DNA from: Candidatus Poriferisocius sp.
GTDB lineage: Bacteria; Actinomycetota; Acidimicrobiia; Acidimicrobiales; Bin134
Direction of reading: 5' to 3'
DNA: 64,000 bases
Assembly (NCBI RefSeq): GCF_965204015.1
Contig: NZ_OZ241965.1
Span: 2,090,374-2,154,373 of the forward strand
Shown here: positions 1 to 8,887 of the stretch, piece after piece
How positions within the stretch are numbered: the first letter of the stretch is position 1
Layout: each line of letters begins with the position of its first letter
Notes under the pieces: generated by a model
Told to the model about the DNA's origin: nothing
The model's input: the letters and a program-made list of their open reading frames with translations, nothing else
Database searches by the model: none
Translations under genes and position numbers: made by a program

Positions 1-1
1 C

Positions 2-1510
2 GAAGATCCGACCAAGAGGGCCCATTGCATCGGGCGGACTTTGCTCCGGTGCCTGCCTTGGATTGGATCTGTAGACGTCCAGGCTCTACTGCCTGGCAAT
101 CAAGAACTGGCCTGCGGGGATCATGTTCTCGGAATTAGCAGCCTCAAGCGAGAGTACGACCATCCAGAGACAGAAGCGGCTTGGGCTCAAGCACGCATGA
201 GTATCGCCATCGGGGATATCAGCGAATCCGACACTACGAGACTTCAACAAGCCCTTCCCCTCCTCAATGCCGCATCTGAACTCGCGCACGACATAGGAAC
301 GGCATTCGTCTTGGGAAGGCAGCCTCCTCCTGACGTCATTGCCCAGCGAATCTCGGAACTCCACCAAGGAGGCATGGCTTTGCCCCTACCTCGACAACTA
401 GGCCAAGTCAACGATCCAACTAGATCGGAAAAGCATAAATTTGAACTAACGGGCAACCTAACGGAACTCATCAGCAGCCTCGGACCATTTGTGTTCGAGC
501 GGTTGCATCAGCCGAACCAATATCGCGCCCTTGCTGCCTACATATATGACACCACCATCAACGACCAGATTGCCAAGGCGGCACTTGAGCCGTGGCACCT
601 CATCGGAGTTGACGGCGCGCCGCAAAGCATCAAACGCTTACAAACGTCGCTCGGGCATCTCGCCACAGTGGTCCGTGAACTTTCGTATGGACAAGTAACG
701 CTGGCCAAACTCAGAGAGAGTGAATTGTCCAAAACACAGCATCGGGCTCTCGAACGTGTAGCAAGAGCTAGCCAAAGGTTCTCCGTTCGAAGACAGAAGT
801 CCCGCGTCAAGGAGATTGAGTCCATATGTCACAGATTGGAGTGTCAAACCAAGGTGTTCGACTTCTCTGATGTAAATGGTCTCACAGAGTTCCGCATCAG
901 CATAGAGGTGGACTCCCTGTTCGGCTGGATCGATGCAGTCGGACAGCTTGCTGACTCCCTCAGCCATGATCATCAGCCTGGTGAGACGTTCCTGCTCGTC
1001 CCAATCCGACGCAATAGACCGGTACCAATGCTCACAATGAGGTTCACTTACAACCTCTGGCCTGAACCTCAATCTGGCGGGCTGGACAAGCTGTCGGAAG
1101 CACACCCCGACCTACTCGCTGCGACATTCGACAAGGCTCAATTGGCGCTCCAAACGATTTCGGGCCTCTGTTGTCTTCCAGAGGAACAGCAAGACCATCA
1201 GAAAGTCCAGGCTGTAGCAGATATCGCCAATTCAGAGCTGGAAGTGGCGTACGGAAGGCTCTGTGATATGCTTGAAGACCCCGTCGTCGATTGGTTGCGA
1301 TCGATGATTGAAGGACTCGGTATGCACGTCCAAGCTGAATGTGAGGGCACTACTACCGAACTTGGCTTTGCCGCCCAGGTGGCGCTCTCACTCACGACTG
1401 ACGAAGTCACGGAATACTCGGCGCTGGTTTGGTACGCCAAGTGCATCGCTCTGGAATGGGAGATCGATCCTGTGGCTGCTGCTGACCTGCTCCCTGAAGA
1501 CGATGACTGA
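2..1510 (+). CDS. hypothetical protein, possibly 5'-truncated by the window edge (489 aa or more visible)
   Basis: The frame is open from nt 2 to the stop at 1508-1510 (track start is TTG at 41), so the gene may begin left of the window. No Walker A, nuclease or HTH motif is recognisable by eye. G+C is visibly lower than in the core genes. It lies on the same strand as the methyltransferase and 145 nt upstream of it. Confidence 0.5.
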   Translation, partial: EDPTKRAHCIGRTLLRCLPWIGSVDVQALLPGNQELACGDHVLGISSLKREYDHPETEAAWAQARMSIAIGDISESDTTRLQQALPLLNAASELAHDIGTAFVLGRQPPPDVIAQRISELHQGGMALPLPRQLGQVNDPTRSEKHKFELTGNLTELISSLGPFVFERLHQPNQYRALAAYIYDTTINDQIAKAALEPWHLIGVDGAPQSIKRLQTSLGHLATVVRELSYGQVTLAKLRESELSKTQHRALERVARASQRFSVRRQKSRVKEIESICHRLECQTKVFDFSDVNGLTEFRISIEVDSLFGWIDAVGQLADSLSHDHQPGETFLLVPIRRNRPVPMLTMRFTYNLWPEPQSGGLDKLSEAHPDLLAATFDKAQLALQTISGLCCLPEEQQDHQKVQAVADIANSELEVAYGRLCDMLEDPVVDWLRSMIEGLGMHVQAECEGTTTELGFAAQVALSLTTDEVTEYSALVWYAKCIALEWEIDPVAAADLLPEDDD

Positions 1511-1655
1511 ACTCACCCAGGAGACGCTCTGACCCGCGTACGAGAAGTCCATCTGCCGTGGTCCAGTTAATTGTCGCCCGATGAGGATGCAAGAGCCCAA
1601 TGCTTGATTTGCGGGGAACCGCAAAGGTGTCACTGGTGGTGGGTATTCTCTAGTT

Positions 1656-2573
1656 ATGGCAGGTCAGACGGCTCCAGCACCTCCTGAGGATGGTGATGAG
1701 GCGCTGTCTGTACTGCTTGAGGAGGGGGTGGTTTGGGGGGATTCTGCTGAATGGCTGCCGAGGTTGCCGCAGGACTCGGTGGACTTGTTCTTCATGTCGC
1801 CGCCGTATGCCGATGCTCGGGCGTACTCCAGGATCAGCCCGGACAGCTATGTGGAGTGGTTCCTGCCATTTGCGGAGGCCATGCTCGGAGCCACCAAGGA
1901 GACCGGGTCATTCGTTCTCAACATCAAGAACCGGGTGGCCAAGTCGGGGCCGCTGCGGGGGCAACGCCATCCGTATGTGTACCAGCTGGTGATCGCTCTG
2001 CAAGACATGGGGTGGCGGTGGGCGGAGACTTACATCTGGAGCAAGCCGAACGCCATCCCCGGTCGGTTCGGTCCACGCACCAAGGACGCGTTCGAGTACG
2101 TGTACCACTTCACCAAAGGCCCCAGTCCTTACTTCGACTTGGATGCAGTGAGGGTGCCGTATCGGGCAGACCAGGCCGAGATCAAGCGGCGGCTCAAGGA
2201 CAGGAATGGCCGGCGGAACACTGATGCCGGGTTCGGGCGAGACCGCACTCGGACTTACGGACGGGGTGGGGCTGATCCTGGGAATGTGATCACAGTGGGC
2301 CAGACCTACAACCAGCACAAGGGTCCTGCTGGGCAGCACACCGCGGTCATGCCGGAGGGCCTAGCTGAGTTCTTCGTCAAAGCGGCCTGCCCCCCGGATG
2401 GGATCGCGATCGACCCATTTGCTGGATCGGGCACCACAGTCACTGTCGCCCGCCGACATGGCCGCAATTCAGGTGGGATCGAATTTCACGCCGAGTACGC
2501 AGCAGTCGCCAAGGAACGCCTGGCAAGCGATCATGTCCAGGAAGAACTGGGACTGCTCCGTGTCGCTAACTGA
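1656..2573 (+). CDS. beta-class amino-DNA methyltransferase (SPPY motif; predicted N4-cytosine or N6-adenine)
   Basis: It has an N-terminal 'LFFMSPPYADA' (motif IV) and a C-terminal 'AIDPFAGSGTT' (motif I, FxGxG). This is the permuted IV->I order of beta-class enzymes. SPPY/SPPF is the form typical of N4-cytosine methyltransferases. A TATTCT hexamer ends 6 nt before the ATG. Confidence 0.85.
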   Translation: MAGQTAPAPPEDGDEALSVLLEEGVVWGDSAEWLPRLPQDSVDLFFMSPPYADARAYSRISPDSYVEWFLPFAEAMLGATKETGSFVLNIKNRVAKSGPLRGQRHPYVYQLVIALQDMGWRWAETYIWSKPNAIPGRFGPRTKDAFEYVYHFTKGPSPYFDLDAVRVPYRADQAEIKRRLKDRNGRRNTDAGFGRDRTRTYGRGGADPGNVITVGQTYNQHKGPAGQHTAVMPEGLAEFFVKAACPPDGIAIDPFAGSGTTVTVARRHGRNSGGIEFHAEYAAVAKERLASDHVQEELGLLRVAN

Positions 2574-3666
2574 CTCAGACCGCGAGCTTCTCGCCAGCGC
2601 CGGGACTTTGGCTAACCCCACAATCCGACGTCAAGCGGTAGCGGTACTTCTGCGCCAACCAGAATCGGCCAGGGACGAGGCCGCCAACCTTCTCGGACAG
2701 GGTTTTGTCGCCGCTACTCAGCCATCGTTTCACTACATCCCCAAGGGCGATGCCATGGCCACCGAAGCCGCTTTCGATGAGGCCTACCGGCGATTGGCTG
2801 AGCACACCAACGACTTCACCGATGTCTCGGCGGCAAGTTTGAAAGCAGCCTTAACGCAAGCGCCCGAGACTCTGGCACCGCTTCGAATGATCTTGGGCTT
2901 CACTCACAACGAGCTGGCCTGGGCCATGAAACTTGCCCAAGCGGGTACGAACACTTCGGGAGGAACCCTGAAGAAGTTCGAGCGCAGCCCAGCACCTGAG
3001 CAATCATCAGCCAAGCGAACTGAGATGATCAGCTTGGTGGCTGCCGCAATCATCGCTGTCATGGACCGGAGCATCCTCCAGGTCCCCGAATCAGCCCGAG
3101 GCTTCTTCCATTCGAAACTCGACAAACGAGACACGCGTCAGGGCTGGGACACGGTTGCAGCGTCAACTGACGGAGTGCCTTATTCGGCCTTGCTGTATCA
3201 GAGGTATGTCGGTGGGGTCTGGCGGCAAGTTCAAGACGCCTACTCCGAAGTCAAAGGCGACAATCTGCTGGAGCAACCCATCGCCGACCTGTTCGACGAT
3301 CATCACATCCCCTACTACCGATCTGGGTCAGGCGCTTCCGGTGCTGCACAAACCTCAGAGGCATTCGGCCTTTCGCCTGGACCCGATTTCGTGCTGCCCG
3401 AGGAATCTCCGACGGTGATCATCGAATCGAAGGTGGCTGAAGACGGAGGCACGGCTCGAGACAAGGCTGCTCGCATCAAAAATGCTGCCGATGCTGCTAG
3501 GGACCGCGGTCTGCTTCCCTGTGCAGTTGTCGATGGCAAGGGCTGGTCAGAACGCCCAAACGCCCTGGTTGACGTAGTGATCGCCACAGAAGGACGCACC
3601 TACTCCCTCGACACGCTCCCTCATCTTCTTGAGATTCCCGAGATCATCGGTCTTGGAGAGTCTTGA
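2533..3666 (+). CDS. putative restriction endonuclease partner (HTH-like region plus PD-(D/E)XK core)
   Basis: The C-terminal half carries 'GPDFVLPEESPTVIIESKVAEDGGTARDK', a D...E-x-K nuclease core. The middle segment 'LRMILGFTHNELAWAMKL' looks like a helix-turn-helix. It overlaps the methyltransferase 3' end (ATG 2533; alternative GTG 2560). The start codon, family and specificity are not established. Confidence 0.55.
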   Translation: MSRKNWDCSVSLTDSDRELLASAGTLANPTIRRQAVAVLLRQPESARDEAANLLGQGFVAATQPSFHYIPKGDAMATEAAFDEAYRRLAEHTNDFTDVSAASLKAALTQAPETLAPLRMILGFTHNELAWAMKLAQAGTNTSGGTLKKFERSPAPEQSSAKRTEMISLVAAAIIAVMDRSILQVPESARGFFHSKLDKRDTRQGWDTVAASTDGVPYSALLYQRYVGGVWRQVQDAYSEVKGDNLLEQPIADLFDDHHIPYYRSGSGASGAAQTSEAFGLSPGPDFVLPEESPTVIIESKVAEDGGTARDKAARIKNAADAARDRGLLPCAVVDGKGWSERPNALVDVVIATEGRTYSLDTLPHLLEIPEIIGLGES

Positions 3667-3683
3667 TCCTCTAGAACAGAAAC

Positions 3684-3735
3684 CCCGCTATCGGTAGCGG
3701 CGGCTGAAGGCGGTGGCGTCTGGGCGTTCTTCGCC
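3684..3735. repeat. left copy of an imperfect 52-nt direct repeat (att-like)
   Basis: It matches 4796-4847 at 45/52 positions by hand alignment. The match includes an identical 20-mer, CCCGCTATCGGTAGCGGCGG. Confidence 0.75.
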
Positions 3736-3753
3736 GTCGGCGGTTTCATTCGT
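3688..3753 (-). pseudogene. detached 3'-end relic of the 3-hydroxyisobutyrate-dehydrogenase-family gene
   Basis: Minus-strand translation gives TNETADGEERPDATAFSRRYR*. The intact C-terminus of the gene at 4800-5663 reads TEETAALGENRLDTTAIIRRYR*. The homology does not continue upstream. Confidence 0.6.
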
Positions 3754-3918
3754 GGGGTCGGGGAACACAGTCATCGTCGACTTCCGCATAGGCCGTAGGC
3801 CAGCAGGGAACGAACCACATGAAGAACATATGACGATGGTCAAAGAGCGCTTAACGGACGATTACATACATGTCAGCCTCCCCCGGGTATTGTGCCTGGC
3901 CAACTCTGGAGGTCTGAC

Positions 3919-4773
3919 ATGAAGAGGATTGTCATAGCAATACTGGTATGCGGCGCGTTGATGGTCGGCGGCAGCCTGGCCTACGCGGCTATAGACACGT
4001 CCACTCCAGAAAAAGCTGCCCAGGCGTGCTCGGAGCACCATGGGTTCGGGGCTGAGCCGGTGGACGTGGCGAAGACATCCGACGGGTCCGAGGTTCTCGC
4101 CCAAGTGTCATGGGGAGCAAATGACTTCGGGTGGTGCTATCTGATACTGGACGGGCAGGCCACCAGACTGCTTCGGGATCATTCGTCGGGTTCCCTTGCC
4201 TACTCCACTCCGACGCCGGCACCCACGCCGTCCCCAGCCGAGCAGACAATCATCGACAACTACCCGACCTTCTACGCCTGCGCAGTGACGGGCAGTCGCG
4301 AATGCCAGCATCCCACTCCTACGCCGGTACCCGAGCCCACTGTGACACCTGATGAGACAGATGAAACACCGATAGGACAAGGGAACGAGTGCCTTACCAC
4401 CACAGGATGCTCGTTCAGTTTCTTTGATGTGCCGGGAGGCCTCTTCCTCAGAGTTGGCATTGATATTGCACCAGGCAAATGGAACAGCGATTACGAGGGC
4501 GCAGGCGAGCGTTCCTGTTATGCACTCAGGTTGAATGAGAAGCTAACGACCCATCCCAACTATACCGACGAAGTTGATGAGTCATTTGGCTACCGAAGGA
4601 CAAGCTGGACTTCTTGGTTTGGCGATCTCTTGTTGGTTCAACTTCCATCCGGAAGGTACACAAACCACGAGTCTGTCATAGAGAGAAAAAGCACGGACTA
4701 TGTCTACGGACCTCGTTCATTTCAAATAGAGATACAACCGACGGACTATGCAGTGATCATTCTGCACTGTTAA
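3919..4773 (+). CDS. secreted hypothetical protein (signal peptide, Pro/Thr linkers, Cys-containing)
   Basis: 'MKRIVIAILVCGALMVGGSLAYAA' is signal-like. GGAGG lies just upstream of ATG 3919 (track start is GTG 3892). It has the linkers TPTPAPTPSP and PTPTPVPEPTVTP. No family is recognised. The 3' end is distinctly AT-richer. Confidence 0.6.
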   Translation: MKRIVIAILVCGALMVGGSLAYAAIDTSTPEKAAQACSEHHGFGAEPVDVAKTSDGSEVLAQVSWGANDFGWCYLILDGQATRLLRDHSSGSLAYSTPTPAPTPSPAEQTIIDNYPTFYACAVTGSRECQHPTPTPVPEPTVTPDETDETPIGQGNECLTTTGCSFSFFDVPGGLFLRVGIDIAPGKWNSDYEGAGERSCYALRLNEKLTTHPNYTDEVDESFGYRRTSWTSWFGDLLLVQLPSGRYTNHESVIERKSTDYVYGPRSFQIEIQPTDYAVIILHC

Positions 4774-4795
4774 TGCGAGGGATTAGGACGACGGA

Positions 4796-4847
4796 CCCGC
4801 TATCGGTAGCGGCGGATTATGGCGGTGGTGTCTAGGCGGTTTTCGCC
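4796..4847. repeat. right copy of the imperfect 52-nt direct repeat (inside the 3' end of the dehydrogenase gene)
   Basis: It pairs with 3684-3735 at 45/52 identical positions. It covers the stop codon and the last 15 codons of the gene at 4800-5663. Confidence 0.75.
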
Positions 4848-5663
4848 AAGCGCCGCCGTCTCTTCGGTGTAGCGCTGGCAGAGTTCTACTAGGGGGATGG
4901 GGGCTCCTAGTTCGGCGGCGGCGTCGGCTACTAGGCCGAGGTCTTTGATCATCCAGTCGACGGCGAAGCCGAAGTCGAACTCGTCAGCCACCATGGTGTG
5001 GCCCCGGTTCTGGAGGTACCAGGAGCCGGCTGCGCCCTTGGTGACGGCGGCTAGCACCTTCTCCATGTCGAGTCCGGCCCGCTCGCCGAAGGCCAGCGCC
5101 TCAGCTGCGCCCTGCACCGCGCCAGCGCACAGGATCTGGTTCACCATCTTGGTTAGCTGGCCGCTCCCGGCCGGACCCATGAGGGTGACCGCCGAGGAAT
5201 AGGCGTCCATAACCGGAGCGGCGGCATCGAAGTGCTCGGGCTCGCCGCCGCACATCACGGTGAGCACGCCGTTCTCAGCCCCGGCCTGGCCGCCGGAGAT
5301 GGGGGCATCGAGCCAGCCGATCCCCCGTCCAGCACACACCTGGGCCAGCTCCCGGGCCACTTCGGCCGATGCGGTGGTGTGGTCCACCAGCACCGAGCCG
5401 GCAGGCATCGTCCCCAAGGCCCCGTCGTCGCCCAGCACCACCGCCCGCAGATCGTCGTCGGCCCCCACGCAGGTGAACACGAACTCGGCCCTGTTGGCCG
5501 CTTCGGCCGGGGTGGCGGCCACCGACCCCTCGTGGTGCTCGCCCCAGCGCTCGGCCACTGCCGCGGTCCGGTTGAACACCCGCACCTCGTGGCCAGCGGC
5601 CGCCAGGTGCCCCGCCATGGGGAAGCCCATATTGCCCAGTCCGATGAATGCACACACGCTCAC
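4800..5663 (-). CDS. NAD(P)-dependent 3-hydroxyisobutyrate / 6-phosphogluconate dehydrogenase-family oxidoreductase
   Basis: It has the Rossmann motif 'FIGLGNMGFPMAGHL' near the N-terminus and a family-typical length. The track start at 5735 adds about 24 non-conserved residues. GTG at 5663 (or 5657) fits the family better. Confidence 0.85.
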   Translation of the reverse strand: MSVCAFIGLGNMGFPMAGHLAAAGHEVRVFNRTAAVAERWGEHHEGSVAATPAEAANRAEFVFTCVGADDDLRAVVLGDDGALGTMPAGSVLVDHTTASAEVARELAQVCAGRGIGWLDAPISGGQAGAENGVLTVMCGGEPEHFDAAAPVMDAYSSAVTLMGPAGSGQLTKMVNQILCAGAVQGAAEALAFGERAGLDMEKVLAAVTKGAAGSWYLQNRGHTMVADEFDFGFAVDWMIKDLGLVADAAAELGAPIPLVELCQRYTEETAALGENRLDTTAIIRRYR

Positions 5664-5743
5664 GTCGGCCACGATATCCGGCCCATTCCCCCGTTCTCCC
5701 GGCGATAGGCGGCTTCCACAGCGTTCCCATAACATCGAAGACG

Positions 5744-6847
5744 ATGAGCGACAACGGCTTCGACGTATTCTCCGCCGATTCCCACGTGATCGAGCCCCAC
5801 GACCTGTGGCAGATCTACACGGTGGAGGCCTTCAAGGATCGGGCCCCTCGGCTGGTGCGCGAGGAGACTACCGACCGCCTCATATGCGACCAGGCCCGGC
5901 TCCCCCCGGTGGGGCTGTTGGCCGGGTGCATGCGCACCGACGACAAGGTGCGGGCCAAGGGCCGCTGGGAAGAGGACGTGCCCGACGTGGGCTGGGATCC
6001 GGAAATCCGCATGGAGGCCCTGCGCACCGACGGGGTGACCGGCGAGGTGCTGTACCCCACGATCGCCATGCAGATGTACCCGATCCGAGACGTGGAGTTC
6101 CAGTGGGCCCTGTTCGAGGCCTACAACACCTGGGTGGGCGAGTTCGTGGGCCAGATCCCCGACACGTTCGTGGGTATCGGCCTGTTGTCGCCGGTGGACT
6201 TGGAGCGGGCTGCCAAGGAGATCAAACGGTGCCGCGACACCGGCCTCAAAGGGGTGATGATCCCGGTGGTCAACGGCGAGGACAACCCATACCAGGATCC
6301 GGCGTTCGACCCGCTGTGGGCTGCGGCGGTAGAGCACTCCATGCCGGTGAACCTGCACGCCGCTACTACCCGCGACCCCGACAAGGCCTGGGACCAGGGC
6401 ACCTCCACCCGCTCGGTGCTGCAAACGGTGGACATCCAGGAGGTGGTGCTCGACCTCATCTTCGGCGGCGTGTTCGACCGCTTCCCCGAGCTGATGATCG
6501 TCTCGGCGGAGAATGACGTGGGCTGGGCCGGGAACCTGCTGGAGCGGGCCGACTACTGGTTCCACCGCAACCGCCAACTCCTCAAGGACATGAAGTGCCT
6601 GGAAGAGCCGTCCCACTACTGGCGCAATAACTTCCGGGTGACGTTCATGCGAGACCTCACCGGGGTGGCCGCCCGCGACATCATCGGCACCGAGACCATG
6701 ATGTGGGGCAACGACTTCCCCCACCACGTGTCCACCTGGCCCAACAGCCAATCAGTCATCGCCGACCATTTCGCCGACACCACCGACGATGTGCGCCACG
6801 CCATCGTGTCGGGCAACGTCCGCCAGCTCTACGACATCCAGGTGTAG
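5744..6847 (+). CDS. amidohydrolase_2-family metal-dependent hydrolase/decarboxylase
   Basis: 'FSADSHVIEPHDLW' lies near the N-terminus and 'WGNDFPHH' near the C-terminus, as in ACMSD/LigW-like proteins. ATG 5744 is chosen over track start 5648. Confidence 0.85.
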   Translation: MSDNGFDVFSADSHVIEPHDLWQIYTVEAFKDRAPRLVREETTDRLICDQARLPPVGLLAGCMRTDDKVRAKGRWEEDVPDVGWDPEIRMEALRTDGVTGEVLYPTIAMQMYPIRDVEFQWALFEAYNTWVGEFVGQIPDTFVGIGLLSPVDLERAAKEIKRCRDTGLKGVMIPVVNGEDNPYQDPAFDPLWAAAVEHSMPVNLHAATTRDPDKAWDQGTSTRSVLQTVDIQEVVLDLIFGGVFDRFPELMIVSAENDVGWAGNLLERADYWFHRNRQLLKDMKCLEEPSHYWRNNFRVTFMRDLTGVAARDIIGTETMMWGNDFPHHVSTWPNSQSVIADHFADTTDDVRHAIVSGNVRQLYDIQV

Positions 6848-6900
6848 GCAGGACTCGGGCCGGGGTCGGGAAGGCAGGCGCCGTGGTCAAGCTCTCCGAC

Positions 6901-8145
6901 ATGGGGCGCATTGGGTTCACGGTGCGCGACAGCCAGGCCGACGGGCACCCGGTCACCTTCCTGCCCGAGCCCGAGCGGCGAGTGCGCCACAACCTGCTCA
7001 TCTCGGTGGACGACCACGTGGTGGAGGCCCCCGACGCCTTCGAGGGCCGCATCCCCAGCCGCTTCGGTGACCGCGGCCCCAAGGTGGTGACCGACGACGA
7101 CGGCATGCACGCCTGGGAGGTGGACGGGCGGCGCTTCCCCACCGTGGGCATGAACGCGGTGGCCGGTCGGCCGGTGTCGGAGTACGGCTTCGACCCGGTG
7201 CGGTTCGACCACATGCGCCGGGGGGCGTGGGACATACACGCCCGCATCGCCGACATGGACCTCAACGGCATCTACGCCTCTTTGAACTTCCCCTCCGCCC
7301 TGCCCGGCTTCGCCGGCCAGAACTTCATGCGGATGACCAACGACGACGAGCTGGGCCTGGCCTGCGTGCGGGCCTGGAACGACTGGATCCTGGACGACTG
7401 GCACACCCGCTACCCCGACCGGATCATCCCCTGCCAGATCCCCTGGCTGTACGACCCCGAGGTTGCCGCCGACGAGATCTACCGCAACGCCGAGCGGGGC
7501 TTTCGGGCGGTGTCGTTCAGCGAGGCCCCCGAGAAGCTGAAGCTGCCGTCGCTGCACACCGGCCACTGGGACCCCTTCATCCGGGCCTGCGAGGACACCG
7601 AAACGGTGGTGTGCCTGCACGTGGGGTCGTCGTCGCAGGCCCCGTCCACCGCCCCCGACGCCCCGCCCGACACCATCGGGGTGCTGTTCTTCGGGTACGC
7701 CATGTTCGCCGCGGTCGACTGGCTCTACTCGCTGATCCCGGTGCGCTTCCCCAACCTGCGCATCGCCATGTCGGAGGGGGGCATCGCCTGGGTGCCGGGG
7801 CTGATCGACCGGCTCGACCACATCACCAGCTACCACGACATGTACGGCACCTGGACTGGCATCGACATGAAGCCCAGCGAGGTATTCCGACGCAGCTTCT
7901 GGTTCTGCGTTATCGACGACACCTCGTGCCTGTCGCTGCGCGACCACATCGGCGTAGACCACATCATGATGGAGTCGGACTACCCCCACGTGGACACCAC
8001 CTGGCCCGACACCCAGGAAGTGGTCCGCCGCCAGGTGGAAGGGTTCGGCCCGGAGGAGACCGAGAAGATCTGCTGGCGCAACGCCGCCGAACTGTTCCGG
8101 TGGCCGGTGCCCGAGGCGGTGGCCGCCGACCCGGAGAGTTTCTGA
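6901..8145 (+). CDS. amidohydrolase_2-family protein
   Basis: It carries the motifs 'ISVDDHVVEAPDAF' and 'MESDYPHVDTTWP'. ATG 6901 is chosen because track start 6703 overlaps the upstream gene. Confidence 0.85.
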   Translation: MGRIGFTVRDSQADGHPVTFLPEPERRVRHNLLISVDDHVVEAPDAFEGRIPSRFGDRGPKVVTDDDGMHAWEVDGRRFPTVGMNAVAGRPVSEYGFDPVRFDHMRRGAWDIHARIADMDLNGIYASLNFPSALPGFAGQNFMRMTNDDELGLACVRAWNDWILDDWHTRYPDRIIPCQIPWLYDPEVAADEIYRNAERGFRAVSFSEAPEKLKLPSLHTGHWDPFIRACEDTETVVCLHVGSSSQAPSTAPDAPPDTIGVLFFGYAMFAAVDWLYSLIPVRFPNLRIAMSEGGIAWVPGLIDRLDHITSYHDMYGTWTGIDMKPSEVFRRSFWFCVIDDTSCLSLRDHIGVDHIMMESDYPHVDTTWPDTQEVVRRQVEGFGPEETEKICWRNAAELFRWPVPEAVAADPESF

Positions 8146-8167
8146 CAAGATCAAAGCAGGAGGACCG

Positions 8168-8887
8168 ATGACCAAGACCTGGACCGAAGACCATCCCGCC
8201 TTCCAAGTGGCCGCGGCGAGGCGCATCCTGGGCCGAGAGGGCTGCGAGAGCCGGGTGGCCGGCCACGTGTCGGTGCGCGATGCCGAGCGGGCCGACGCCT
8301 TCTGGGTGTCGCCGTTCGGCTATTTCAGCGAGACGCTGCCCAGCGACGTGAACTGCTACGACATGGAGCTCAACCTCTTGGACGGCGACACCGCGGCGTC
8401 GCCCGCGGTGCGGTTCCACGCCGGGTTCTATGAGGCCCGCCCCGACGCCAACTCGGTGATCCACACCCACTCCCACTACGTGGAGGTGCTGTCGACCACC
8501 GGCAAGGACATCGGGCTGTACTCGGCCGACGCCTGCCTGTTCTACCAAGAGCAGGCCCACTACGCCGACAACGGCATCGACAACCCAGTGGACGGCCCCC
8601 GCATGGCCGAGGCGCTGGGCGACCGGTCGGTGGTGCTCATCGGCAACCACGGCGCTTGCTTCGTGTGCCCCTCGCTGGAGGAGGCCACCATCAAGGCCAT
8701 CGCCTACGAGAGCTCGGCCCGGACCCACTACGAGGCCAAGGTGGTGGGGGGCCACGAGATGCCCGAGGCCGAGGCGGCCCGGGCCAAGAAGGCGTACCAC
8801 AAGTACTTCATCCCCATGATGTGGGAGGCCAACTACCGCCGCCTGCGCCGCACCGACGCCGACCTGTTCGAGACCCTGGCCGGCTAA
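8168..8887 (+). CDS. class II aldolase/adducin-head family protein
   Basis: It has the His cluster 'VIHTHSHYV' and the N-terminal motif 'AGHVSVRD', both typical of the family. Confidence 0.85.
   Translation: MTKTWTEDHPAFQVAAARRILGREGCESRVAGHVSVRDAERADAFWVSPFGYFSETLPSDVNCYDMELNLLDGDTAASPAVRFHAGFYEARPDANSVIHTHSHYVEVLSTTGKDIGLYSADACLFYQEQAHYADNGIDNPVDGPRMAEALGDRSVVLIGNHGACFVCPSLEEATIKAIAYESSARTHYEAKVVGGHEMPEAEAARAKKAYHKYFIPMMWEANYRRLRRTDADLFETLAG

Noticed and set aside
1608-1625. Hairpin TTTGCGG-ggaa-CCGCAAA downstream of the first ORF, considered as a terminator
   Set aside because: The stem is only 7 bp, there is no U-tract, and it lies ~100 nt past the stop and just upstream of the methyltransferase promoter region. 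That is not enough to call a terminator or a regulatory RNA.
3713-3922. 69-aa plus-strand ORF in the gap between the R-M block and the secreted-protein gene
   Set aside because: It overlaps the dehydrogenase 3'-end relic and the Shine-Dalgarno and start of the next gene. It has no Shine-Dalgarno of its own and no recognisable features.
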